DNA of 64,000 nt from Psammoneis japonica (lineage: Eukaryota): NCBI GenBank assembly GCA_008632985.1, contig QPGO01000058.1, positions 248,001 to 312,000 of the forward strand. Direction: 5' to 3'. The notes below the pieces were generated by a model. It had not been told where the DNA came from, ran no database searches, and saw only the letters and a program-made list of their open reading frames with translations. Of this stretch, positions 49,292 through 61,499 are shown in pieces. Position 1 is the first letter of the stretch; each line of letters begins with the position of its first letter. A program made the translations under genes and the position numbers.

Positions 49292-50516
49292 ATGAAGATT
49301 ATTTTGATTCTCTGGCTCATGTCAAGAAGTCTGGTATCGTTTGGATTTGAGTCGTCGCTTGCCCTTGTACAAGTATGCCCCAGAAGTGCGTGCAAACACT
49401 ACCTTTGTTATCGAGAGCCGACACGTTGCAAGAATCACCAATACGGAGCTGTATCTTTTTTTCAAAGCTATCACAATATTAGAGAAAAGAGAACAGCTCA
49501 CCTGCAAATAATGAATGCTGCGGGATCCACCGACAAGGAGGGTGAAGTTGACTTGGGAAAGAATATGAGCGTGGATTCCCCTCCGCCGCCTCAAAAATAT
49601 CACACCATTACCGTTTGCATGGTCCCTCCAGAGGATGCCGTATATGCATGGGATACCGTTAGTCGTGCTCGCATCGAATTAAGAGATCCTGGCTTCTTTC
49701 GCTGGCCCCCGCATGCGAATCTGTTGTATCCTTTTATATCTTTGCGATCCAAGCAAGACAGTAATAGGGAGACGAGAGAAGACGAAGCTCAGATGGAAAT
49801 GGAATTCATTCATAAGCTTAGGAATGCTACAAGACAGTGTGAACCTTTTCAGGTATCTCTTGATCGATTTGGAACTTTTGGTGGGAAACAACGGGGTGTA
49901 TGTTGGGTGTATCCTTCAAGTTCTCGTGACGAGAATCAAGAACAAGAGCCACTCATTGAACTACAGGCTCTTTTGGAGCAAGAGTTTCCGTTTTGCAAAG
50001 ATCAGCGCAAGCACGGCGGCCAGTTTAACCCGCACATGACCTTGTCTCACTTTCCTGATTTGGATCAAGCCGAAGCTGCAGCACAACAGATTGCATCTTG
50101 GTGGCCGTCAACATGCTCCTTACGTGCAATGAAATCTACGTGTTGGAACGGAATGGGGACGAAGGGCAGTTTCAGCGACTTGTCACGTTGCGGTTGGGAG
50201 AGGCGGATGAGGATGATGCAGTGCGTATTCACAATCCTCCCCTTGCGTTTTCGGCCATGCCAAATACAGAGGAAGACTGGGTGCACGAGGAACGCATGAA
50301 GCTCAAAGAGAGAAGGAACAACTCATGGAAGCGAAGAGGGCGACGAAGAGGAGGGAGAAGAAGAAAACCAAGAGAACAACACGAGGTTTGTGCGGGCCGA
50401 GCAGGAGCAAAGACACACCTGAGGAGATTGCAGCGAAACGTGCAGCGAGAAAAGCCAAGCGAGAAAGGCTCGAGAAGGAAAGAATTATGGAAAACGATGA
50501 AGGTAGAGTAACGTAA
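49292..50516 (+). CDS. 2H phosphoesterase / 2'-5' RNA ligase family protein
   Basis: RWPPHANLLYPF and FNPHMTLSHF 2H motifs, with a basic C-terminal tail. Frameshifts at ~50120 and ~50390. Confidence 0.85.
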
Positions 50517-50720
50517 TAGGAAAGATTGCAAATTTGCACCGTTTCAACGGTCGAGATGGTTTCATACACTATATCTACACGACAAAAGCACACCTCGGTG
50601 GAATCATGATGTATTATGTATGCTAAAAATTGTTACGTATGTCGTGACACCAACGTGCTGGCTACTTGAGACCTGTACTTTGTAAGTCGGTGTTGCTTTT
50701 CGACGCACCCCCCTCTGCAT

Positions 50721-51350
50721 TTACTGTTGCAAATGCAGCTCTTCAAATAGGTGGGTTTGATATTCGATCAACTCACGAATCTGAGCAGCTCTCTGATTAG
50801 TTTCTTCCGATATGCTTCCTTGATACTCTCCGGGACAGCCACCTCCTTTTTCAAGGGAACCTTGCGAACCTTCCGCTTGGAAATTGGGAACGTCTAACGC
50901 GCACTCCCGACAGTCCCGCTTCTCTCCACACATGCTGCACGTTAGGTGAAGAGGGTTTTCATTCACAAAAGTACACATGCGACAAGCCCAACTCTCGTTA
51001 TCACCGGTTCTTGTCTGTCTTGTACGTACTTCAACTTGCAACTGATGAGGGGACGATTCTTCTGGAGTGGAGCTAGCTGGCGTAATGCACTCTGTCGGTT
51101 CTTCGGGTTTTTCTTGCTCTGACTGGGGAGTGTCCCTTCCGTGTTCTTCTGTGAAACAACATAGTTTCTTGATAGAAGAATCCTTAGGGCACTGTAAATT
51201 GCCCGAATCTAATTGCGAAGAAGAGAGTTTTGCGTTTCGACTTGTACCACAAACTGAACAAGAATCATTACCGGAATCGACATTTGGGTAAGAGCAATAA
51301 GAGCAAGTCCATTCTTGCTGGATTGTTCCCAGGGAACAAGACGAGTTCAA
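50721..51350 (-). CDS. Protein with two RanBP2-type zinc fingers; true start uncertain
   Basis: WTCSYCSYPN...CSVCG and WACRMCTFVN...CSMCG. Confidence 0.8.
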   Translation of the reverse strand: MNSSCSLGTIQQEWTCSYCSYPNVDSGNDSCSVCGTSRNAKLSSSQLDSGNLQCPKDSSIKKLCCFTEEHGRDTPQSEQEKPEEPTECITPASSTPEESSPHQLQVEVRTRQTRTGDNESWACRMCTFVNENPLHLTCSMCGEKRDCRECALDVPNFQAEGSQGSLEKGGGCPGEYQGSISEETNQRAAQIRELIEYQTHLFEELHLQQ

Positions 51351-51929
51351 AGTTGAATGGAACTACTGGATACAATCATGATGAAGAGAACACTGTCAAT
51401 CTCGATACCGTATTGTTTTTGTGTTATTGTCAAGAGAGGTTGAAGAATGAAGAAGTGAGCGGGCGGGGTGTTTGGCTTCGCATTCGGTGGGGCTAATACA
51501 TTCGCGACATCATGTCCAAGTCATTGTTAACGATGGTTCTACACAATTCTTCGGCATAAAAGACAAAGCTGTGAGCAGCACGATTACAATCGCTTTTAAA
51601 GGAGACATTGTGGAGACATTGAATTTGTCCCAATCGTAAATTGTGTACATACGTACTACCAAAGCATTCTCTATTATGTCCCATTTTCGTCGTAAGCGAA
51701 ACGAGGTGTCAACCTTTTTGTCCTTCTTACACATATCCGGTCTTTTTGTCCCGTACGGGGGAAAGAAGATGTTCAAGAAATGACTGGTTGATCGTGACAT
51801 CCCAATCACTGTTGCAGAAGTACAACTCGTGACACATCATCGCGGTTGTTCTTCGCCCCCCGAAACTCCCTCATTCTGTGATGTGATGATGTCAGTGTGT
51901 TCTTTTTGAAAGATCGACATCTGTCTTAG

Positions 51930-52086
51930 NNNNNNNNNNNNNNNNNNNNNNNNNNNNNNNNNNNNNNNNNNNNNNNNNNNNNNNNNNNNNNNNNNNNNNN
52001 NNNNNNNNNNNNNNNNNNNNNNNNNNNNNNNNNNNNNNNNNNNNNNNNNNNNNNNNNNNNNNNNNNNNNNNNNNNNNNNNNNNNNN
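51930..52086. other. Assembly gap
   Basis: Run of N. Confidence 1.

Positions 52087-52140
<54 letters not shown>
52087..52140. repeat. (AC)n microsatellite
   Basis: About 27 AC units directly after the gap. Confidence 0.98.
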
Positions 52141-52142
<2 letters not shown>

Positions 52143-55100
52143 AGCCAGCTGACAAAGCCAAACCCTTTCTCCACCCACTCTCCATTGTGAGTCCATGCGT
52201 CGACCAACACGTGTGCACTTCACACTCCCGGGGTCACCTCATAGACTCTCGGAGATGCCTGACGGACGGTGCGCCAGGGTCGCATGCAGGTGGTTTGTCG
52301 CTGTGCCCTTCCGGATTTGGCTGAATGCACTGCAGAGCTTTCTGCACAAAACATGCGAGAAAATGTGCCGATTGGATGATGATCAATTTTGCCATCCCAT
52401 TGATGCCACAGCTTTGTGACGTCCAACTGATGTTGTCAAACCAAACACAGAAGCGTGTCATGCCATTGGAGTGGAAAGAATCGGCGGCTGTTTTGTTCAA
52501 TTTTGTCCAAGACTGCACAACTGCAAAATCTTTACTTTTTCGGTCACCGCCGACACACGTTGGTGCATGTCATCACATGTTCCACTTCGTTTCACCTTGT
52601 GAGTCATGACATGGAAACGGATGTCTCTCTTTGTCATTGCCCTGCAATGGCGTTGCCTTTCTTGCAACTCAAGAGTCGTTTTTTGGTGTTCGTTACAAAA
52701 ACGAGTTTTTGTTTTTTTGCAAGAAATGCACTCACTCACAGACTGCGCTTTTTCTCATCATGAAGCAGGCACCCAGTCTTCGCAACACCATGGTGTTGTT
52801 TTTTCATGTCTGTGTGAGACGTTGTTGGACTGAAGCTCGGAGATTCAAAACCAACGTAGTCTGGGGACTCATTTTCGGTCGGGCATGACATTTTTCCTGT
52901 TTTTTGAGATTTCGAGACAGTTGTGCCAATTTCTTGCTGCTTGGGGAACATCAAATGCAGCGGTGATGCTCCAGCAGTGCCAGCCAGTTGATGAGGTGGG
53001 ATTTCACATCACAATGTTGTTGATTGTGAGTTTGTAAACTCACTCAATGGAGTTTGCACATTGGTCTGGTTCAGCACGGTGAATCAGAGTTGGGCGACCA
53101 TGCAATGCTTCTGAAGCCAATCAGAGCAGACACAGAGGGGCATTGGCAGCTTTCTTTGGTGCACTTGTTGTCAAGGCAACAGCGACTTCATTTGGAGGTT
53201 GATGCTTGCAATTCTTTGTCGCTTTGAGTGTGCTGGGTGTGGTGCAGTGGTGCACACAGCAAATGGTTTCTTTAAAATGAATTGCAGATCTCAGCTGGAC
53301 AGGCAACCAGATGCAATTGGCATCTCCAGTCTTGCACAGTCTCGCCTTCAATGATGAGCAACGTAAAAACACAGAGCATTTAGAGTCGTGTTTTCCCTGC
53401 AAAATCACAAGAAATCAAGGTGACCGTGGTGAAATCATGCAAAGGAGGGGATTTGTGCATGTCACTGCGAGTGCAGCAGCCAAGTCAGCAATGCACCGTG
53501 TCTGTCAAAGCTGCAGTTCAACCATGTCTTCTTCACACATTGATGTGCAACATCCCGGCTTTTAAAGCCACAAAACATTCACCACAAAGAGAAAGAGTGC
53601 GATTGGCAAGCCATCACATTGTGAAGAGAAAACAAGACACGACAAATCCCAGTTTGAGCATGATGACACTCAAGCATTGATGTGAAAACTGACACTGGAC
53701 TCAACGCCCTTGTAAAAGCACAACTTTCAATGCACAACCAAATTGAAGCGAGTGGAAGAAGATGATGAAATGAGACGCCATGTCAGCGTGACAAGCGACA
53801 AACATGCGACATTGCACACAGCCAGCATTGGGCATGTTGCAACAACAAAAAAACCAGTTTTCTCCATTCCAACACCATGGCGCACTTCAACAGCAAGCAT
53901 CTGAATGGACACTGAACGGTGCAAAGCACAGCTGTCGATGTGCCGATGAAATTGATCATCGTCAGAACGGCACATTTTCTGGTGTGTTTTGTGCAGAAAG
54001 CTCTGCAGAGCATTTGGCGAATCACGGAATTGCTCGGTGACACATTTTTTGCCACCGTCTGTCAGAGGCATCTCCGAGACACCCCTTTGCAAGTGGTCCC
54101 ATGGGATGTGGGTGTGGGTGATGTGTGATGACATCATTGCATGCGTTGAGTTGGACATGTTCACATTCTTGCGAACATGTGCATGTCATCAAGTAAAAAC
54201 TCCCATCCCCTGGTTCAGGATTTTCCTGTTGCCATTGGAGTTTGTGTGCAGATGCAAAATTTGGCGACATTGCAACATGTAAAAAATTCATGACATGAAC
54301 AACACATCACCATGACATCAAAACCACATTCTCCACTTGCGAAGGGGTGTCTCCGAGAGTCCATGAGGTGACCCGGGTGTGCGAAGTGCGCGCGTGTCGG
54401 TCAACGCACAGACTCACGATGGAGAGTGTTCTCCACCAGAGGTGGGCCTGTCTGGTGCAGTGACTGGGCAAGCTCTCCCTTTGTGCCTTCTCTTCTGCAT
54501 TTCTTGGCCAAATGACCCAAAAGGATGTTTTCATCCCCAAACAGTTTTTGAGGCAACGTGCTGGGGAGCTTGCCAAAGGAGGCCCGGGCGCAATGACAAA
54601 CTGATGTGGAAAAAGAAAAGTCGGGTTGTGTGGCTCTCTCTCCTTGTTGTCTCATCTCTGCCATGTTGCAAAAACATGGCAAAACAATGTTTCACTTTCT
54701 TGTGCTGCTGTGCAAAACAATCTCAAAGTGCTGGTGCCAAACATTTGTGCGCAATTTTTGGCGGGCCGCAGACTTCAGTGCGAACTCTACAAGGACTCAG
54801 CTTGGCTGAACCACATTTTCAATCATCTTTGTTTTCATCAAAAAGCTGAGTGTCACAATGAAATGAGAGTCAAAGTGTCACAAGCACCTGTGGGAGAATG
54901 TGGTTTGGTGGGTCAAAGTGCAGCTTTGAACATGTTGTAAGACAAACACATTTTTGCACTGAATCAAAAATTGCAAGGCATCAGTTTTTGAATGCTGACT
55001 TCTTCTGACATGAGGGTCAAAATTGCACTTTGACTGTGTCAATCCATGTCCACTCTTGATGATCTTTTGATGCACATGTGGTTTCCTGGTCTTGCGAAGG

Positions 55101-55449
55101 GGCATCGTCGTCATCCATTGCCCCCAAGTCATGCTCAGTTTCAAGTCCCGGGGGAATCTGGTCAAAATTTCTGCGGGATTCACCACACCATGAATGGAAC
55201 CTTCATGGTCAGTCACGTTTTCCAAAAAAAAATCCATGGTGAGAAAAACTCAAAGCAAGCCAATGCCAATGAAGTGCGAGGCACTCGATCCCTGCAGCGC
55301 GCAGCACATCTTGCTGCACCTTCATCAGCATTGCTGTTGGAATCGGAATCTTCATTGTCTGGTGGGTGAAGTGTTTCATGATCATCGTTGTTGACTTTCT
55401 TTGTGCCGGTGGGAGGCTTGCTCTCATTGTTCTCACTTTTTTCAAGGTT

Positions 55450-56620
55450 CTCGGGGTTTTGAGGGCACAGATGTGATGTGATTTGTTGGTGATCAATGCC
55501 ACCACATCACTTGCACCTTTTCTCAAAGTCATTGTTTCTTTTTCTTTTTCCTGCAGATTTGACGGCAATGCCAGTCATGCAAATTTCTCCGCACTTCTTG
55601 GATGCTGCTGCCTCCTCCAACAGAAGCCGCTTGATCTTTTTGCACTTGGACAATGCACGGCGATGCTTGACTTCCACCCCATTTGCACTCTTCCAAGCGC
55701 TTTCAATTTTTCTCGTGGGTTTTCAGTGACTTGAGGGTGTGACCATTGATTTCTATCCCAAGCTTGTCAAACACACTTGTGGTGCAATCCACCTTGCCCA
55801 GGATGCTTGTGCCAACACTCATGTGCACTCTTGAGGCAAGTGCCATTGTTTGTGAGTGTGTTTTGGTCTTTGGCGCATGCTTTGCCACTGACTGATTTCT
55901 TGCCTCATTGATTTGCGAATCACAAGAGTGGCGGATCTCTTGCAAGTGCTCAGTGGCTGTGGACTTGTTGCAGATGGGCTTGAGTTGGGAACGCAAAATG
56001 GCATCCTCAGCATTGCATTGATGCTGACCCATTTTTTTGCCTTGTGACACAGAACACCAGGCTTTGTTGAAATGCACATGGTCATCAAAGTGGTGCTCCA
56101 GCACTGCCTTCATTTGTTTTTTGAATGCATCAAAATCACTTTCCTTGCATTGCTGGTTTGCATGACTCCAGTTCCACTTTAGATGCATCACATCCACCAA
56201 TGTGCAGAGAGACGTCTTCTTGGGGGCTTGTGCAAGAGCAAAGACTGGCTTGTGCACTGCTTTGGTTTGGGTGGTTCGGATCTTGCAACCAAGCTGGTGG
56301 GTTGATGTTGAGTGGAAGATTTCACAGATCCAGCAACCACCTGTTGTTGGGCTCTCTTGGTGTCTCAGCAATGACTCCCTTTTCCAGTTCTTCCTTGAAT
56401 GAATGTTGGCATTTGGTTTGGGTCGTGGAATCACCGTTGGCAACAACACACTCAACATGAACAGCCCGCCACATGCAGAGGTCTTTATGAGCAACAACAC
56501 ACCAGCTCATGACTCCATTCCTTTCAAGCTGCCCTCGCAATCAGTGGGACAGTCATGTTCTGGTTCGGGTGCATTTGGACTCTTTTTCTTCCAAGATTCA
56601 TGGAAGGAACATCTCTTGGC
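55450..56620 (-). mobile_element. Mutator-like (MULE) transposase pseudogene
   Basis: HDCPTDCEGSLKGMES, VECVVANGDST, AVLEHHFDDHVHFNKAWC and DSQINEARNQSVAKHAPK.KTHS resemble the N..GSS..ME / GDGDS / H.F.DH..C..WC / Q.NE..N..I...PK motifs of Mutator-like transposases. No Tyr in the 265-aa ORF. Confidence 0.7.
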
Positions 56621-59600
56621 CAACACAACCATCAAAAACAACGACACAAACAACAAACACAATGAGGAGAAACAAAATTGTCAAAAGCTTGCCATGCACT
56701 CTCAGTGTCACAGAGAGACCAAAACCCTCCTCCTCACAAAATGTCAAGCATCTGCTCCAAAAGTGCCATCATGCCCTCCGACGCATCACCCAACTCTCCT
56801 GTCTCCCGCCGTTCAAGAAGGCAAAGCACAAGCATGAAGGGGAAGATGTTCTCTTTCTTTGCATCTGCTGCAGACAAGACCCAAGCCTGTGGAAAATTTT
56901 CTGTGAAGAGTTGGATCTGTTTGATGAAACTGGGGGAAAAGGAGAAAACATGCAGCTTGCCCCAAGGGTTGTGAAGCGAAAGCGTTTCTCTGTTGCAGGG
57001 CTTCCGTTCTTGTCAATGGATGCTGTGGACATGGCTGGAACAACTGCAAACATCATCCATGGTGTGTTGAGGGTGGCATCAAGGAGACATGGCCTGCCCC
57101 AGGCCAGCACCATGGACACAATGGACCCGAAGATGAGATGTCCGACAGCAGCAATGGTGACATCAAAAGTGGTGTAAGTGGCTGTGATGAATGATCAGGA
57201 ACAATGAGAAGATCTGATGCCTTGTCCACACATTTGCCACTGCAAGATTCTCTCCTTGCACTGATCCCACGCAGATAAAATGGGCTCCAGTTTTGGTCGC
57301 AGATGAGTGTGGGGACTTTGCACTTTTTCCACACAACCTCTGGCATCTAATTTGTGCAGCTCTGCATGAATCCTCTGCAGACAGATCCAACAATTGGCTG
57401 CCACCTTAAAGAAAGGCTCCTTTGGTGCTTGTGTCAGTGGTGGGCACTGCTGTGTGTGTGCATCAAAAGGAGTCAGGAGAAGAAAAGATGTGCTTGCATG
57501 CTCCTTTGGCTTGCTGTTGACATCAACTTTGGCTGTGCTCACAAGTGCAACCTTCTTTATGAGACAAAACAATTCAAGATGATGTGACAAGAGCTCTCTT
57601 CCCCAGCAGAGAGAAAGAAGCAGCAGCAGCAGCAGTGCTGAGAAGAAGGGCGCGGCTTGGTGCCTCTGATGCTGGGAGCCTTGTTGGGAGAAAGATAAAA
57701 GCAGCAAAAGACTGCACTGCAAAGAAGTTCTGTGGAAGAGCACCAAGCACAGAGAAGCCAGGGGCACTTGCAAAGGACTCAGCAGGGTGGCCAAGGTGGC
57801 TGTGCACACCTCCTTTGTTCTGTCACTGGTGTGTTTGGTGAAAATTGGCACCAAATCAGAGCTCGCAAGCTTGTGTAGTTGGCAGAGTGTGACACAGAAG
57901 TGAGACCTTGCTTGGCTCTCAATTTGGCAGGTCAAAATGAAATGCAGAGCATTGCAAGATGAGCAAGCTGACAAGCGGCTTCTCCTCAAAGCACATTGTG
58001 AGACATGCCGCACTGACCAGATCACAAACATTTGCAAATTTTGAGTGGCTCTTTTTCTCTTTTGCAAAATCACATCACTTTTCATTCCAAACCTGTGCTG
58101 TCCTTTAAGGCAAGCTGGTGATGACAGATCTCAGCCCACCACAATCAACAACTTCCTGCCCTTTGCAACATCTCCATCAGCTCCTCTCACAGCTGATGAG
58201 AGCCATGCCACAAACCTCAATTTGCTTCAAATTGAGGCACTCTGCCACTGCAAAACAGCTGGCACTCAGGGCAACTCCACACACACAAAGCCTGTGTGCT
58301 TTTTTTGTGTGGCAAGTTGACAATGTGGCAACTTTCAGTTGTTGCAGCCAAACTTCACACAACCTGGTTGCTCTTCAAAGAAGCTGTGTGGTGGGCATGC
58401 AAGCAAGCAATGCAAAGAGCTGCAGTTGGTCTCACTTGTTGTGAGTTGACACACATGCTTGTTGCCAATGAGAATTCTTGTCACAACAGAAATCATCAAA
58501 CAGCTGCTGTCAACTGATCAATGCACAATGCTTTGTTTTTTTTTCAGCACCTTGCCCTTGAATCATCTGGCAAGTCATCTCACAAGTGGCAGCAACACAA
58601 GAGAGAGCCCTTGAGTTAAGAGCACACAGTGGCCTTGTTGGTGCTTGTGAACAAAATTGTGGGTTTGGCCTTTGTTGTGAGTCTGTTTCATTTTCAGGTT
58701 TGGTGGTGGTGTTTGCATGAATTTGTGCAGTTGCACAACACCACAAATGTGTCTGGGGCATTCCACAAAAAAACATTTGTCAGATTGATCTGAAGATCAA
58801 AGATGACTCAAGAAGTTGCTCATGCACAAAAATGTTTGAGACACGTGCTTTCAAAGCTGATGAGCAATCTGTTGTTTAGACGCAATGTGCTCACATTTGA
58901 GCTCCAGCTGGCAAATGATCACAAGCCTCTGCTCCTGCAGCTGCCATTGCAAAGAAAGACACTTTTTGGGAGGATTGCCCAATCAGACAAAATGCTGCAC
59001 ACCAGAGCTTGCATGTGCTGCTGCACTCTTGCCACCTCCAGCAAGAAGCTCACTTTGCTGTGCATGTTGGCTTCCTTGTGTGGTCCACTGGTGGCACAGC
59101 AGTCCAGCACAACAAAAAGGACAAAAAGAGCAGAGAGGAGTGGTGAGCAGTGCTTGAAGAAGGTGCGCATCAAAACAGTGGCCAATGCACACTTGCTTGC
59201 ACAGGGCTTTTGACACAGCAGTTTTCCCATGGTGTGTTTGGCAGTTTTGGGAAGATGATGTCTTCTTGCAGACTGTGAGCATGCCATCTCTTGACTGAGA
59301 AAATGATGAGAAGAAAGAGACAGCTTGAGCTCACACAACAAGATGTGAAAAAAGCCAGCTGCAGCAGCAGCGCATTTGAGGACAGCAAGAGAAGTGAGGA
59401 CAAACACTCTTCTTCTTGTGTGACCAATGTCCTGAAGATGAAGTGGTCCAAGATCAGTTTGTAGCCCCCAACACTGAGCCACAGCTAGATGAGAAGTGTG
59501 TGCTCATTTGCAGACCTCTCTCTCGTCGTGAGTTAAGAGCATGTCGCACCCAGCCTCTCCAGCACCATCGATGTGCCTTCTTTCCATTTTACTCAGTGCC

Positions 59601-59946
59601 CATCCACAGCATCTCCAGTTCTGACGGCCAGATCTCCTGGACTTTCAGTCATGTGTGCAACTAGGCAGTTGGTGTTCAGCAAAGCCATCATGATGACTGT
59701 GCACTGCTTGCATGTCTTGTGATTACATTGTGTTGCTTAATAAAGTTAAACGAAAATAAATGGCAATCAACCTAGGTAGAGAGCAGGATGGGTTCGGAAC
59801 GGGCTTTCCTACCTAGTTAGAGTGTTGCCGAGATGCACTAATAGCCAGAGTTTTCGTGTATTTTGTAGTGAAGTCTTTCATGACAGTTGAGATAGCCACT
59901 CCAAATAAAATTCGAAGACTTGATGACTACTCTTGCACATAAAAAG

Positions 59947-61278
59947 TTAGGGACATTGAGAGTGATCAACACCATCCCCCCTCATAAAAGGAACAATGTG
60001 ATTGGCAGCAAATGATCGTACAATTTCATACTGCTCGGCTTCATCCACCATGTCAAGTAAATCAAGCTCATCTGCCACATCGGCATTGTAGCGAGGCGCA
60101 AGTAAGCGCAGAACGTTGGCCGCTTCCATAGCATAATTTCCATCTGCGCTGCTGTCCTTTCCTTGACTTGTCGGAAATTCTTTTCGATTCGCGGGCGGCT
60201 GCCCCCCATCCCCGGAATTTGAGTGTGGGGATGCTTCGCGGTTGCCTCCACGTGCTTCGGCATCCCCATCCTGATTCGGGGAACTATCATCATCACTCAT
60301 GTCGTCTGGTTTCGAACCGATTCGAGAGCGTTTTGGTCGTGGCGCCTCGGAGAGTTTATGAATAATAGCATGAAAGGAGATTCTATCGGAGAGTGTGGAA
60401 GGAAGCGTTGTAGACGTGATACTCGTGGACTCGGCCGCCTGGAAGTTCTCGAGGATATATTTAGAGGCTGCCGCTGCCGCGCCGCCCTCTTGCACGTGTT
60501 TGTAAAGCGCAACACCCCCGGGGGCATCGTCACAATCGGCGAACCAGTAAAATGTCCAGGAAGACGTAAGGTCTGACAAAATAGATACGATTCCACGCAT
60601 TTGGTTCAGAAACGCTGCCGCGAAGTGCTCGGCAATGACTTGTGGACTGTGATCCTTATTCGCTAGGTTTTTCGGCTTTTTCAGCTCTATCTGAGCATCA
60701 AATGAATTACGGATAGTCTTGTTTCTCACGTTCTCTGATGTGGTGATGACAACATCCGTTGTTCCCCTAATTCGTCTGCTGTCGGAATCCACCCCCCGAA
60801 TTTCGACATCCAAGAGACCGCGGATCGGCTGAACGTCCGCAAAAATATAGTTGCCCGGTAATCGCACATTTTCCGCTAGATGCTTCATGTAAGAGGTACG
60901 GTTCTCAGAAGAATCTTCGTGACTGCTGTTCCAATGAAAAACGGGGCACTCGGGAAATGTCGACGGCATCGTGGGCCAACTCGCCGCCTTCTCTGGCATA
61001 TCCAAAAACATGCTCAGCAGAGCCCGCTTGGATCTTGTGGTAGCATCAGAGAGAACAATGGTTTTAATCTTTGCTGAGTAATCTACAGCCATGCGGGCTA
61101 TCGCCGCTGTTTCCTCTGTCGTAAACAGCGCCGGGGACTGCCGCTGCTGCTGCGGTGGACCTAGGGTGTACTTGCCACCAGCTGCAAGTGATGCGAACCC
61201 ACCAACTTCATCCCCCTCCTCGTTGATCAAACACTCGACACCTTTTTTTGCCCAGCCATCTCTCGAGCTCAGCATCAT
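59947..61278 (-). CDS. Crinkler (CRN)-like protein with restriction-endonuclease-fold domain
   Basis: Intact intronless 443-aa ORF. IRGTTDVVI...QIELKK...PQVIAEHFAA...SILSDLTSSWTFYWF fits a D-ExK-Q REase pattern. Short N-terminal header ending GGKYTLGPPQQQ. Confidence 0.65.
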   Translation of the reverse strand: MMLSSRDGWAKKGVECLINEEGDEVGGFASLAAGGKYTLGPPQQQRQSPALFTTEETAAIARMAVDYSAKIKTIVLSDATTRSKRALLSMFLDMPEKAASWPTMPSTFPECPVFHWNSSHEDSSENRTSYMKHLAENVRLPGNYIFADVQPIRGLLDVEIRGVDSDSRRIRGTTDVVITTSENVRNKTIRNSFDAQIELKKPKNLANKDHSPQVIAEHFAAAFLNQMRGIVSILSDLTSSWTFYWFADCDDAPGGVALYKHVQEGGAAAAASKYILENFQAAESTSITSTTLPSTLSDRISFHAIIHKLSEAPRPKRSRIGSKPDDMSDDDSSPNQDGDAEARGGNREASPHSNSGDGGQPPANRKEFPTSQGKDSSADGNYAMEAANVLRLLAPRYNADVADELDLLDMVDEAEQYEIVRSFAANHIVPFMRGDGVDHSQCP

Positions 61279-61499
61279 TACTCAGTCGCACACCACCAAC
61301 ACCTTCTACGGTTATCCTAATGGGTTCAGCCATGGCCACAGATGTTCTTTATGTTTGAGTTCACTCCCGGCTGGCTTGAGGTGAGTTATTCGTTATTCTC
61401 AATTCGTTCTGCACGAGATCTGATCGGGTGAAGGACGGACTGGAGAAAGGGGCCCGGACGGAACGAAGCAAGAGAAGGGGGGTGACAGAAATGGAATGA

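Larger units (their letters stand above)
51497..59730. mobile_element. Nested cluster of degenerate transposons/repeats, TpA-depleted from ~51800
   Basis: Segments recur in 62400-63900 (51535-51925, 54430-54730, 57410-57510, 59340-59510). Segment 52190-52400 recurs inverted at 53930-54420. Confidence 0.75.

Noticed and set aside
56900..57300. Possible Ulp1-like protease remnant near the Mutator-like transposase
   Set aside because: Only vague His and Q...C spacing in broken frames; not supportable.
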